DNA of 61,959 nt, filler included. It is 5 parts of 5 records of this genome, joined end to end, with 100 filler letters (N's around TTAATTAATTAA, not from the genome) between each part and the next. Parts side by side here need not be neighbours in the genome. Positions count along the whole stretch, not along the records: positions 16,931 to 32,294 come from SRR22947727_6019; positions 32,395 to 40,793 come from SRR22947727_6020; 3 more parts are not named here. One strand, written 5' to 3'. Positions within the stretch are counted from its first letter, which is position 1. Each line of letters begins with the position of its first letter. This document shows, piece after piece, positions 28,888-38,835 of the stretch. A program made the translations under genes and the position numbers. The notes below the pieces were generated by a model that saw only the letters and a program-made list of their open reading frames with translations, did not search any database and was not told the origin of the DNA.

Positions 28888-29796
28888 TTGATGAATGATC
28901 TAAGCCATAGCGCAAATGACGCCCTACGCGTCTCTGTGCTGAGTGAGGCCCTGCCCTACATCCAGCGCTTCGCAGGACGTCGGATCGTGATCAAGTACGG
29001 CGGTGCTGCCATGGCCCACGCCGAACTGCGGGCTGCTGTTTTTCGCGACATCGCTCTTCTCGCTTGTGTCGGCGTTCAACCAGTCGTGGTTCATGGTGGT
29101 GGACCTGAAATTAATCAGTGGCTGAAACGGCTTCAAATCCCGGCGGAATTTCGAGACGGCTTACGCGTCACAGACGCCGACACCATGGATGTGGTGGAGA
29201 TGGTGTTAGTGGGTCGCGTGAATAAGCAAATCGTGAATGGGTTGAACCAATTGGGCGCGCGGGCCGTAGGCCTCAGTGGGAGCGATGGCGGCTTGGTGGA
29301 GGCCCGTCCATGGGGTGACGGCAGCCATGGGCTGGTGGGAGATGTGGCCCGTATCAACCCCGATGTTCTGGAGCCATTGCTCAACAAGGGGTACGTACCC
29401 GTGATTTCAAGTGTGGCAGCAACGCCGAGCGATGGCCGAGCCCACAACATCAATGCCGACACTGTGGCGGGAGAACTAGCCGCATCTCTCCAAGCAGAAA
29501 AACTGATCCTGCTCACCGACACCCCTGGAATTCTTCGGGATCGGGATGATCCTGAATCGTTAATTCGCAAGCTCCGTTTGTCGGAAGCGCGTCAGCTCAT
29601 CGAAGACGAGGTGGTTGCTGGAGGAATGACGCCGAAGACAGAGTGCTGCATTCGGGCCTTAGCCCAAGGGGTCGCTGCCGCCCACATCCTGGACGGACGT
29701 GTTCCCCATGCCCTGTTGCTGGAAGTTTTTACCGATGCGGGGATCGGAACCATGGTTGTGGGCCGCGAAAACCATTCCAGCGAGGCAGACAACTAG
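28888..29796 (+). CDS. argB: Acetylglutamate kinase
   Basis: [40 protein letters not shown]. Confidence 0.97.
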   Translation: MMNDLSHSANDALRVSVLSEALPYIQRFAGRRIVIKYGGAAMAHAELRAAVFRDIALLACVGVQPVVVHGGGPEINQWLKRLQIPAEFRDGLRVTDADTMDVVEMVLVGRVNKQIVNGLNQLGARAVGLSGSDGGLVEARPWGDGSHGLVGDVARINPDVLEPLLNKGYVPVISSVAATPSDGRAHNINADTVAGELAASLQAEKLILLTDTPGILRDRDDPESLIRKLRLSEARQLIEDEVVAGGMTPKTECCIRALAQGVAAAHILDGRVPHALLLEVFTDAGIGTMVVGRENHSSEADN

Positions 29797-29820
29797 TCAG
29801 GCTTGAACGAACAACGGCAA

Positions 29821-29994
29821 CTAAACGTCAGCGTCGCTGTTCTGCTTTTGCTCAACCTGCTCCGAACTGAGCGTGTTGCCTTCACCGCTTCGAGCGCAGC
29901 CACCGGCCACGGCCATGTTCGAAAACGCCGCAAGCACCATCAGAGCAATCACAACGGTGCCGCCAAAAAAGGCGATGTTTGGATGACGCTTCAT
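29821..29994 (-). CDS. Small putative secreted protein (57 aa, below ORF-track cutoff)
   Basis: Manual translation MKRHPNIAFFGGTVVIALMVLAAFSNMAVA-GGCARSGEGNTLSSEQVEQKQNSDADV; n/h/c signal peptide ending AVA. Confidence 0.55.
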   Translation of the reverse strand: MKRHPNIAFFGGTVVIALMVLAAFSNMAVAGGCARSGEGNTLSSEQVEQKQNSDADV

Positions 29995-30230
29995 CGAGTT
30001 AAGCCATTCAGGATTGAAAAGCTATCGAGATCTGACCTTCCAACGTGGGCATCCACTGGCCTCAGGGGCCCAAGCTGGCAGCTCCCCGTGAGGTGGTCGA
30101 TCGCGATCTTTGACACAACCCAACTCCTCCATGCCAAACCAAGCGGTCCATAAACTGCTCTAAAACCTGGCTTAAAGGCGATGCTCGCCGACCGAGAAAG
30201 TCACGGGGGCTGTTACCTGCGGAACAAAGC

Positions 30231-31292
30231 GTGACAAGTGAACGACCGCCCCTCAATCTCCGTGCCATTGATGCCCACTTGGAGCGTGGGGACTATGGCC
30301 AAGCCCTAGAGCTGCTCACCCCCCTGGCAGACGTGCACCCGATCTCAACACCAGAGGGGTCAGAGGTGCGTTTCCTAATGATCACCTCCTGGATGGGTCA
30401 AGGGCAGGATGAGCAGGCCTTGACCATGGCTCGCGCTTTGAGCCGGAGCGGTGAAGTGGACAAGCGCCAACAAGCCAAACAGCTGGTCGCCATTCTCGAT
30501 GCCCCCAGCCTCGAGCGTCCAGACAGCTGGACCATGCAACTGCCTGCACTTGAGGTCACCGCAACAGGTGGGTCTCCTCCAGCCGTGAGTAGCCAACGCC
30601 GCTCCAGAAAACCAAAACCTCCACCGCCACCGCCCACCGGTCCCACACGGGCTCCAGCCGTTGGATTTGCCGTCGTCGTGATCGCCGTGCTGGCCGGCCT
30701 CACCCTTTTACTGAGCGGATGCGTTCGGATTGATGCCGATGTGGAACTCACCGGGCCAGACCGCATGGAACTCATTTGGCAGGTGCAGAGCATCAATGAC
30801 CAGCCGATGCCATGGCAGACAAAATTTGAACAAAATTTGAAACGCGAGTTACCTCAACTCCAGATCGAGCATCCAAGTCCAGGCCGTCAACGCATCACCC
30901 CTGGAGTTCAATCGTCACGCGACTTGAACCTGCTGTTGCGAACCATGGTGACCCTGGCTGGACGGAGCGCTGGGGTTGAGCCGCTACCGCCGCCGGAGTT
31001 CAACCTCGTGGAACGGAATTGGCTGGTCGGAGTCGAACAACACCTTCGCCTCAATCTCGATCTCCGTCATCTCCCCGACATCCCAGGGCTAGAGGTCAAT
31101 CTGCGGCTCGACCATGGCCAGCTTCAGCACACCATCCACAGCGGTGAGCAAGTCGAGCTCGAACAATCCAGCTGGCGGTGGAGCCCCCTTGGTCTCGGCA
31201 GCTTGTTGATTCTGGTGTTGATGGGCTGCAGCCTTCTATTACAAGGTGTTCGCCGCAAGTTGGGTTTCGGATTCCCCGAACTTCCCGCCTAA
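30231..31292 (+). CDS. DUF3153-like protein with TPR-like N-terminus and Pro-rich linker
   Basis: ERGDYGQAL, KPKPPPPPPTGPT, LLLSGCVRID, C-terminal TM helix. Confidence 0.75.
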   Translation: MTSERPPLNLRAIDAHLERGDYGQALELLTPLADVHPISTPEGSEVRFLMITSWMGQGQDEQALTMARALSRSGEVDKRQQAKQLVAILDAPSLERPDSWTMQLPALEVTATGGSPPAVSSQRRSRKPKPPPPPPTGPTRAPAVGFAVVVIAVLAGLTLLLSGCVRIDADVELTGPDRMELIWQVQSINDQPMPWQTKFEQNLKRELPQLQIEHPSPGRQRITPGVQSSRDLNLLLRTMVTLAGRSAGVEPLPPPEFNLVERNWLVGVEQHLRLNLDLRHLPDIPGLEVNLRLDHGQLQHTIHSGEQVELEQSSWRWSPLGLGSLLILVLMGCSLLLQGVRRKLGFGFPELPA

Positions 31293-32294
31293 TCAAAGCT
31301 GCTGTGGATCCGGGTCGACAGAGAGTGCAACGCCGCGGGGCAATGCCTCCCAAAGCGCCTGACCCGGCGGGAGAGGTAGGGCAGAGCCCACCGGGCCATG
31401 CAAAAGAAGTTGCCAACGACTTCGACCAGCGACTCGCGCGACCGGAGCAGGTGCCGGCCCCAACAACCACCAATTTTGCTTTTGACAGAGGGGCTTCAGA
31501 CGTTCCGCAAGAACCGATGCAGCGGTGGCTGTCGCGCTGGCTGATTCTCCAGACAAGCGCAACAAACAAGCGCGACTAAAGGGGACCAGGCCCGCCTCGC
31601 GGCGCAGCTCAATCTCTTGAGCCAAAAACAGTTCATATCGGCCATCCACCAGGTGTTGAATCACTGGATGCTCCGGGGAGTAGGTCTGAACCAACACCTG
31701 CCCTGGCTTCTCCCCTCGGCCGGCACGGCCTGCTAACTGAAGAAGCAGTTGAAGGGCCTGTTCTCCAGCACGAAGATCGGGACGATGCAGCAGTCCATCG
31801 GCAGCCAAAACGGCCGCCAAGGTGACCCGAGGCAAGTCCATACCCTTGGCGAGCATCTGCGTTCCAATCAGCACATCTGCCTCGCCAGACGCAAAACGAT
31901 CCAACAAGCGGCGATGTCCATCGCGCCCACCGGTGGAATCACGATCGAACCTCAGTAATCGCAGGCCTTCCAGCTCTTCAGCGAGGAGCTCCAACACCCG
32001 CTGCGTCCCAGCACCGAACGGCTTGAATGCTGTTGATCCACAGTGGCTGCAACGGGTCTCCATCGATTCACGGTGATCACACCAATGGCATCGCAACCAC
32101 TGCTTTCCCCCCTGACCTCGGTGGACCGTTAGAGCCACGTCGCAGTGCGGACACTGAACCACTTCTCCACAACTGCGACAGCCAAGGAACGGGCTATAGC
32201 CCCGTCGCGGAACGAGCACCACGGCCTGCTCACCCTGCTCAGGAAGCGCCGCCAGACGCTCCATCAAAGGGCGACTCACCAATCGCTTATGACC
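31293..32294 (-). CDS. priA: Primosomal protein N', C-terminal part
   Basis: RRGYS, four CxxC, GTQMLAKGMDLPRV, QLAGRAGR, VQTYSPEHP, LGPAPAP, VDPDP. Confidence 0.96.
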   Translation of the reverse strand, partial: GHKRLVSRPLMERLAALPEQGEQAVVLVPRRGYSPFLGCRSCGEVVQCPHCDVALTVHRGQGGKQWLRCHWCDHRESMETRCSHCGSTAFKPFGAGTQRVLELLAEELEGLRLLRFDRDSTGGRDGHRRLLDRFASGEADVLIGTQMLAKGMDLPRVTLAAVLAADGLLHRPDLRAGEQALQLLLQLAGRAGRGEKPGQVLVQTYSPEHPVIQHLVDGRYELFLAQEIELRREAGLVPFSRACLLRLSGESASATATAASVLAERLKPLCQKQNWWLLGPAPAPVARVAGRSRWQLLLHGPVGSALPLPPGQALWEALPRGVALSVDPDPQQL

Positions 32295-32394
32295 NNNNNN
32301 NNNNNNNNNNNNNNNNNNNNNNNNNNNNNNNNNNNNNNTTAATTAATTAANNNNNNNNNNNNNNNNNNNNNNNNNNNNNNNNNNNNNNNNNNNN
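32295..32394. other. Artificial contig spacer
   Basis: 44 N + TTAATTAATTAA + 44 N. Confidence 0.99.
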
Positions 32395-33098
32395 GGAAAA
32401 TCATTGTCGAACTGGCGCGCCAACATGCGTGGGACGAAATGATCGCCCGCAAAGCTGCGGGCGCTTGCGGTTGTCACAACTTGGGTCAAGGCCTCGGTTG
32501 AAAGACCGCCAGCAACAGCCAGCGGTAATACCTCGCATAGCGCGACAATATTGATATCATAGATGATGTTATTGACCGCTTTCATCATTTGGCCAGCGCC
32601 GCTTTCGCCGCAATAGACGATAAATTCGCCCATGGTATCAAGTTGGGGCTTGGCGCGATCAAACAAGAGTCTGCTACCGCCAAACATCAAGGTCAATGTG
32701 CCATCTGTGGCACGAAAGGGAAGGCCCGAAATCGGGCAATCAGCATAGACAATGCCGCGGCCTGCCAATTGATCATGGATGGCAATGGCCTCAAGACGGT
32801 CAATTGTTGAGGTGTCGATAATGGCAAGATCGCCTTGTGCTGATTCGGCAATACCACCAGCGCCGAAAATCACCTCATTCACCTCTTTGGCAGATGGAAG
32901 GCATAGGAATATGAGATGACAATTTGCCGCCAGATTACCAAGCGTGCTGGCGATGATGATATCATCGCCATCCAGCCGATCAGTGGCGGCTGGTACTGCG
33001 TCATAGGCGTAAAATGGTGCGGCAATTTTTGCCAGATTATTGGCCATGCCAAGCCCCATTTGGCCGAGGCCAATAAACCCAATACCGCTATTACGCAT
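32395..33098 (-). CDS. NAD(P)-dependent oxidoreductase, 3-hydroxyisobutyrate dehydrogenase family (3' truncated)
   Basis: GFIGLGQMG, DTSTI, DCPISG, GTLTLMFGG, MKAVNN. Confidence 0.9.
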
Positions 33099-33405
33099 CG
33101 CATTTTATCCCTTAAATAGATGATCGGTGGCGGTACCGAGATGAAACCGCCACCGAACAGTCTATACAGAAATTTTACCTTGTATATATGACGACTTATT
33201 TGTGATGGCGTATTTTTGGTAGCCGATATATGGCGACAGTTGTCAGCGCGGCCATTCTGCATTAGCGTTCTCATTCAGCATAATTTTGCTGGCCTAATCT
33301 TGCTTGGCATTGTTTTGCGATGGGTGTTGTTTTGCGATGGGCATTGTCTTACGGCAAGATCGACGGCTAGCATCCCACAAATATATTTGGTTAAGGACCT
33401 TTTAA

Positions 33406-34485
33406 ATGGCTCAGCGTGAAATTCCATTTTTGTTTATGCGTGGCGGCACATCGCGCGGCCCTTATTTTAATGCGGCTGATTTGCCATCTGATCGTGATGC
33501 GATTGCCAAAATCCTGCTTCAGGCGGTTGGTGCGGGTCATCCATTGAATATTGATGGTATTGGTGGCGGCAATGCTGTGACCAACAAGGTTGCGATGCTG
33601 TCACGATCTGCCGATGATGCGGCTGATATTGATTATTTCTTTGCGCAGGTTTCGGTGTTGGAACAGCTTGTCGATTTCAAACCAACCTGCGGTAATATTC
33701 TATCGGGTGTTGGCCCAGCGGCGATTGAAATGGGGCTTATGCCAGCCAGTGATCCAGTTACCGAAGTGCGGATCAAGCTTGTTAATACAGGCGCATTGGT
33801 CGTGGCAAGGGTGCAAACGCCGGGTGGGATTGTGTGCTATGATGGCGATACCGCGATTGATGGCGTGCCTGGAACCGCCGCGCGGATTGACCTTCAATTC
33901 ATGGATGTTGTTGGTGCGGCCACTGGAAAATTGCTGCCAACGGGTAATCTTCGCGATCAATTTGACGATATTGAAGTGACCTGTATGGATGTGGCGATGC
34001 CAACCGTTACCGCGCGCGCCGATACTTTTGGCCTTTCCGGCCATGAAACCGTCCAAGAATTGCAGGCGGACAAAAATTTCATGGCGCGGATGGAGCGCGT
34101 CAGATTGGCAGCGGGTTCAGCAATGGGCATGGGCGATGTCAGCCAATCGGTAACGCCAAAATTTGCCATTTTTGCACCGGCAAAGGCAGGGGGTACGATT
34201 GCCGCACGCTATTTTATGCCGTGGGAACCACATCCGACAATGGCGGTAACGGGCGCGCAATGCCTTGCCTCATGCGCCATGACACCTGGCAGTATCGCCG
34301 ATGGTTTGTTGACGCGGCCAACAACCACTCCGGCAACCGTGACGATCGAACATCCGTCAGGCATGATTGATGTTGTTGTTGATTATAATACAGGCGGTAA
34401 TGGCTTTGATCTGAATTCTGCTGGTCTGGTGCGAACCGCACGCAAACTGGCATCGGGAAATCTGTTCGTATCTGACGAGGGTTAA
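33406..34485 (+). CDS. 4-oxalomesaconate tautomerase-like (PrpF family)
   Basis: MRGGTSRGPYF, IDGIGGG, CGNILSGVGP, IDGVPGT, IEHPSG, VRTARKL. Confidence 0.88.
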   Translation: MAQREIPFLFMRGGTSRGPYFNAADLPSDRDAIAKILLQAVGAGHPLNIDGIGGGNAVTNKVAMLSRSADDAADIDYFFAQVSVLEQLVDFKPTCGNILSGVGPAAIEMGLMPASDPVTEVRIKLVNTGALVVARVQTPGGIVCYDGDTAIDGVPGTAARIDLQFMDVVGAATGKLLPTGNLRDQFDDIEVTCMDVAMPTVTARADTFGLSGHETVQELQADKNFMARMERVRLAAGSAMGMGDVSQSVTPKFAIFAPAKAGGTIAARYFMPWEPHPTMAVTGAQCLASCAMTPGSIADGLLTRPTTTPATVTIEHPSGMIDVVVDYNTGGNGFDLNSAGLVRTARKLASGNLFVSDEG

Positions 34486-34527
34486 ACAGAGTTGAAATGC
34501 CAAATCGGTAATTTCTGCCGAGTAATG

Positions 34528-34564
34528 ACAGCGGTGACAGCAATGGCTTCACCGCTGTTTTTTT
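34528..34564 (+). terminator. Intrinsic terminator
   Basis: ACAGCGGTGA...TCACCGCTGT followed by a T-run, between convergent genes. Confidence 0.8.
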
Positions 34565-34566
34565 GA

Positions 34567-36210
34567 CTAGCCCTTTTTGGTTTTGCCAAACCGCCGCCAC
34601 ATTACAAAGCTGCTAACCGCGATAGCCGCAAACGCCAGCGTGGTCCGCAAGAGGCCACCCATCATGAATAGTGGTAACGATATGCTGAGCAGCACCAGAG
34701 GCGAAAAGAACCGTTCGAGCAGTGAGCCTGTATCCCGATGCTTTTGGTAAATCGGAAAGACCATCGAGAATATCGCAATAATCGCAAAGAATAATGACCA
34801 AGGCCGCAAGAAGAAGAGCATAGGGTCGGAATCAATCGCCAAAGCTCGCGCCAAATTCAGCTCGGCGATATTGCCAAGAACAACACCAAGGATCATTGGT
34901 GCCAGCGGGAACCCAAACTGGCGCATTATGAAACCCAAAATACCAAAGAAGAATAATGTCCAGATATCTTCAATTGAATTATGGAGAGCAAAGACGCCAA
35001 TTGTTGCAAAGGTTAAAATAACAGTTGCCAGAATATAAGTCTTGATCCGTGTTACGAGGACAAAAACCCTAAGAACACCCGACTGCATTCCAATCATAAT
35101 GAAGCTTGCCAGGAAGAAGGCTATATATATGGAATAGGCAAGTGCCGGCTCGTCTTTTATGAAGGTTGGCCCCGGCACAATATCATGCATGAGTAAAGCA
35201 CCAAGCATGATTGCAGCCGTGATATCACCCGGAATGCCAAGCGCCATAAGTGGGGTCAAGGCGCCACCTTCAACAGCGTTATTTGACGCCTCAGGCGCAA
35301 TGATACCGCGGGGATCCCCTTTACCAAATTTCGAGTCATCTTTGGCGGCTTTTTTGGCCTGATCATAAGCAAGGATATTGGCAATAGAGCCGCCCGCGCC
35401 AGGAAGAATCCCTGTAAACATTCCAATTAATGCTGAACGGATTACAACGGTCCAGTTTCTGAACAAAATTCCGATTGCGCGGCGATGTTCGATTTTGACT
35501 TTAACTTGTTTCCTGTCACTAAGTGCGTTCCGGGCGGTAACGGGATTGCGCAAATCAGACAGAAGCTGGGAAAAGGCAAACAATCCAATCAGCACTGCAA
35601 TAAAGTCAAACCCGGTCAAAAGATAATCGGAGCCAAAGTCAAACCGGCCAACGCCAACAGCGTCATCCTCACCAACGGTACGGATAAATAAACCGGCGGC
35701 ACCGGCGATAAGCCCTTTGACCAGATGTTCACCAGCAAGTGATGCCGTCACGGTTAAGGCAAACATGACAAGCATGAAAAAATCCCACGGTTGGAATTCC
35801 AGCCCGACCATCGCAAGCTGGGGCGCAAATAACACCAGCAATATAGCCGATATAATGCCGCCACAAAAAGAAGACCAGACGCCAATGCCAAGGGCGAGGC
35901 CAGGCTCACCAGCACGCGCCATTGGAAAGCCGTCAAAGGTTGTTGCCACTGAAGATGGTGTTCCCGGTATGCCAGTTAAGATGCCCGACATAAGACCGCC
36001 AGACAAACCGCCAACCAAAACCGAAATCATCGTCGCAAGCCCTTGTGCGGGCGGCATTGAAAAAGTAAAAGGCAGCGTCAAAACGATCGCCATTGCAATG
36101 GTAAAGCCCGGAATCGAGCCTGCCATCAACCCTGCACCAACACCGATGACCATATAAGTCAAAGTTACTGGGTCGATGATATTCAGCAGTGCTTCGAGAA
36201 AAATATCCAT
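34567..36210 (-). CDS. tctA: Tripartite tricarboxylate transporter permease TctA
   Basis: IPGTPSSVATTFDGFPMA, GILPGAG, APEASNNA, LGIPG, APMILGVVLG. Confidence 0.94.
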   Translation of the reverse strand: MDIFLEALLNIIDPVTLTYMVIGVGAGLMAGSIPGFTIAMAIVLTLPFTFSMPPAQGLATMISVLVGGLSGGLMSGILTGIPGTPSSVATTFDGFPMARAGEPGLALGIGVWSSFCGGIISAILLVLFAPQLAMVGLEFQPWDFFMLVMFALTVTASLAGEHLVKGLIAGAAGLFIRTVGEDDAVGVGRFDFGSDYLLTGFDFIAVLIGLFAFSQLLSDLRNPVTARNALSDRKQVKVKIEHRRAIGILFRNWTVVIRSALIGMFTGILPGAGGSIANILAYDQAKKAAKDDSKFGKGDPRGIIAPEASNNAVEGGALTPLMALGIPGDITAAIMLGALLMHDIVPGPTFIKDEPALAYSIYIAFFLASFIMIGMQSGVLRVFVLVTRIKTYILATVILTFATIGVFALHNSIEDIWTLFFFGILGFIMRQFGFPLAPMILGVVLGNIAELNLARALAIDSDPMLFFLRPWSLFFAIIAIFSMVFPIYQKHRDTGSLLERFFSPLVLLSISLPLFMMGGLLRTTLAFAAIAVSSFVMWRRFGKTKKG

Positions 36211-36217
36211 TTGAGGT

Positions 36218-36697
36218 TTAAAATCCCGTCAAAGATCCGCGTGGCAAAAATACTTCCAGCACATGTGTAAAGAGAATCCACATGCCGCCAGACGCACCTA
36301 AGGCGATTACCAGATGTGTTAAAATTGCATTCCAGCCGCCAAGAACGGTCAGCAGGATGAAGCTAAATAAAATGTTACCAACTAACATGCCCAAATAGGG
36401 AAGCGCCAGCAGGTACAATGCAAAAATCGAAAAGACAGCAATCACGTTTCGCCAATATAAAACAAACTCCTTAAGCGTCTTTTTTGGCACAGGAGAAATG
36501 TCTTTCTGCGACGTGCTGAAGGATTGGATGAGGTAAATAACGCTCAAGCCGCCAATGATGACGATGATTAGCCTTGGCCAAGCCGCAGGTGATAAAACAC
36601 CATAGTCAGGCTCTCGTATCTCAAAACTGGCAAGCATAAGACCACCGCTTGCCAATATTAGACATAGAGCTACTAAGCTATCCCGATTGAATGACAT
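36218..36697 (-). CDS. tctB: Tripartite tricarboxylate transporter TctB
   Basis: Multi-TM protein, SPAAWP, LPYLG, C-terminal LPRG; lies between tctC and tctA. Confidence 0.88.
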   Translation of the reverse strand: MSFNRDSLVALCLILASGGLMLASFEIREPDYGVLSPAAWPRLIIVIIGGLSVIYLIQSFSTSQKDISPVPKKTLKEFVLYWRNVIAVFSIFALYLLALPYLGMLVGNILFSFILLTVLGGWNAILTHLVIALGASGGMWILFTHVLEVFLPRGSLTGF

Positions 36698-36734
36698 GTT
36701 TGAACCGCATGATTTAGAAAAGAAAGTAAAGCGC

Positions 36735-36759
36735 GGCTGGCAACCTGCGGTTGCCAGCC
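36735..36759 (-). terminator. Intra-operon hairpin after tctC
   Basis: Perfect 11-bp stem GGCTGGCAACC-N3-GGTTGCCAGCC, followed by a U-rich tract on minus strand. Confidence 0.65.
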
Positions 36760-36803
36760 AATATACAGTTGTTAAGCAGGCTATGTATTTTTAGCCGCTT
36801 TTC

Positions 36804-37784
36804 TTATTTTTTATACATGCCAATTTCGATGGCTACAGCCTCATAAGCGTCGTATAGATCTTTGGAATAGGCGGTAAATTCCGCAGGGCCCTGATAGCGA
36901 AGGCCGGTGCCTTTCGCCGCCATGGCTTTTTGCAAGCTCGGATTGTCAACAGCTTGTTTGATAATACCAGCCCACATATCGATAACCTCTTTTGGCGTGC
37001 CTTTTGGCGCCATAATACCACGCTCAAGTGCGAAACTCATATTTATGCCGCGCTCTTTTAGAGTAGGTGTGTTTGGCAGTTTGGGGTCACGATCATCATT
37101 TGCAATTGCCAAAGCTTTAATTGTGCCTGCCTCCAGATGCTTTAAGCCTGACGCAACGTTTACGGCTCCTAATGTGATTGCACCTGACAGAAGTGCGTTC
37201 ATGCGCTCAGCAGTTCCATCATATGGTACAAGTTTTAATTTTGCGCCGGTCGCTTTTTGAAGTAACAGCCAGATGAAATGTGATGTTGAGCCAAAGGTTG
37301 CGCCTGCAGTTACCTGACCAGGGTTGGCCTTTGCATATGAAACCATTTCTTCAATTGAATTAAACGGAGCATCTCCAGCAGCACCGATGATGTCCGGTGT
37401 GATCGTAACATTTGCAACCGCGTCGAAGCCATTATAATGGAAATCGATCCGGCCATTCAAAAAGCTGGTGATCGCTGACTGGTGAATGGCAAATAGGGTA
37501 CAGCCATCGGGTGCAGCTTTGGCTGCCTGCTTGGCGCCTTTGTTGCCGCCTTGACCCGGAACTGTTACCACCTTCAAATTATAAGGCGTGTCCATTTCGC
37601 TAATGGTTTTTTCAACCAGTGCATAAAGAACCTGTGTGCCACCTCCGGGCTTCCAAGGCACTATCAATTGAGCTGTTTCACAAGGAAGCTTTGGAACAGA
37701 ATGGGATCCAGCCTGTGCAACAGATGACGCCATCATGACGCTGGCAGCCACGGCTCCGAGAATTGAAAGTCTTGAGTTCAGCAT
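36804..37784 (-). CDS. tctC: Tripartite tricarboxylate transporter substrate-binding protein TctC (Bug)
   Basis: Signal peptide, IVPWKPGGGT, PDGCTL, VPYDG, PTLKERG, APKGTP. Confidence 0.93.
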   Translation of the reverse strand: MLNSRLSILGAVAASVMMASSVAQAGSHSVPKLPCETAQLIVPWKPGGGTQVLYALVEKTISEMDTPYNLKVVTVPGQGGNKGAKQAAKAAPDGCTLFAIHQSAITSFLNGRIDFHYNGFDAVANVTITPDIIGAAGDAPFNSIEEMVSYAKANPGQVTAGATFGSTSHFIWLLLQKATGAKLKLVPYDGTAERMNALLSGAITLGAVNVASGLKHLEAGTIKALAIANDDRDPKLPNTPTLKERGINMSFALERGIMAPKGTPKEVIDMWAGIIKQAVDNPSLQKAMAAKGTGLRYQGPAEFTAYSKDLYDAYEAVAIEIGMYKK

Positions 37785-37965
37785 AGTAAGATTACTCCCT
37801 CTTGCTTGGTTTAAGCGACAACATGTCAATGAAAATAGGCGCCGCGTTAGATATGTTTTTATTAATTAAGGTTGCAAAGGTTCGCCGCACCGAGTCAATA
37901 TAAATCTGTCAAATAATCTTGTTTTTGATCGTTAAATGCTCTGCCAAACGCTTTAGGAAAAATAT

Positions 37966-38769
37966 ATGCTATCTGTAGGAATTATTGGCCTTGGTACCAT
38001 TGGCAATGTTGTTGCAAAGGCGCTTGATGAGGGCATTAACGGCATGTCGCTGGTGGCAATTGCGTCTGGCCGACGCGACAAGGCACTTGCCAGCATTGCC
38101 AGCCTGTCATCACCGGTTGAATTGATGTCAATTGACGAGGTGGCAGCTTGCTGTGATGTGATTGTTGATTGCGCGCCAAAGTCGGTGTTTCGCGATGTTG
38201 CCATTGCGGCGTTTTCGCGGGGGCGCATTCTGGTGACGGTAAGCGGTGCTGGCATTCTTGCGAATGAAGATATCGAAGATATGGCACGCGAAAATGGTGG
38301 CCAGCTAGTTCTTGCAACCGGCGCATTGCTGGGGCTTGATGCGGTTCGTGCTGCGGCTGAGGGCAAAATCCATTCGGTGCGCATGATTACCCGCAAACCG
38401 CCAAATGCGCTAAAAGATGCGCCGCATATCATCGACAATAATATCAGCCTTGATCGGCTGAATGGCGCCATTCAAGTTTTCAAAGGCAGCGCGCGTGAAG
38501 GAGCCAAGGCGTTTCCAGCCAATGTCAATGTGGCGGCGGCTTTGGGGCTTGCCGGTATTGGCGCTGATGCAACCGAGCTTGAAGTTTGGGCCGACCCGCA
38601 TCTTGACCGCAATACACATTCGATTGAAGTCGATGCCGATAGTGCAAAATTCACATTGCAGATTCAAAATGTGCAATCTGAGAGCAATCCGGGAACCGGC
38701 AAGATTACCGCGTTAAGCGTGATCGCCTGTTTGCGGGGTATGACCGCACCGATGAAAATTGGCAGTTAG
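37966..38769 (+). CDS. nadX: L-aspartate dehydrogenase-like protein (NadX family)
   Basis: GLGTIG, GALLGLD, TRKPP, FKGSAREGAKAFPANVNVAA, ADP..RNTH. Confidence 0.88.
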   Translation: MLSVGIIGLGTIGNVVAKALDEGINGMSLVAIASGRRDKALASIASLSSPVELMSIDEVAACCDVIVDCAPKSVFRDVAIAAFSRGRILVTVSGAGILANEDIEDMARENGGQLVLATGALLGLDAVRAAAEGKIHSVRMITRKPPNALKDAPHIIDNNISLDRLNGAIQVFKGSAREGAKAFPANVNVAAALGLAGIGADATELEVWADPHLDRNTHSIEVDADSAKFTLQIQNVQSESNPGTGKITALSVIACLRGMTAPMKIGS

Positions 38770-38835
38770 GCAGTTTGGATAAGCCGATGATAACAATCTC
38801 AATTCAACAACTGAAATGTTTAAAGGAGCGATGAA

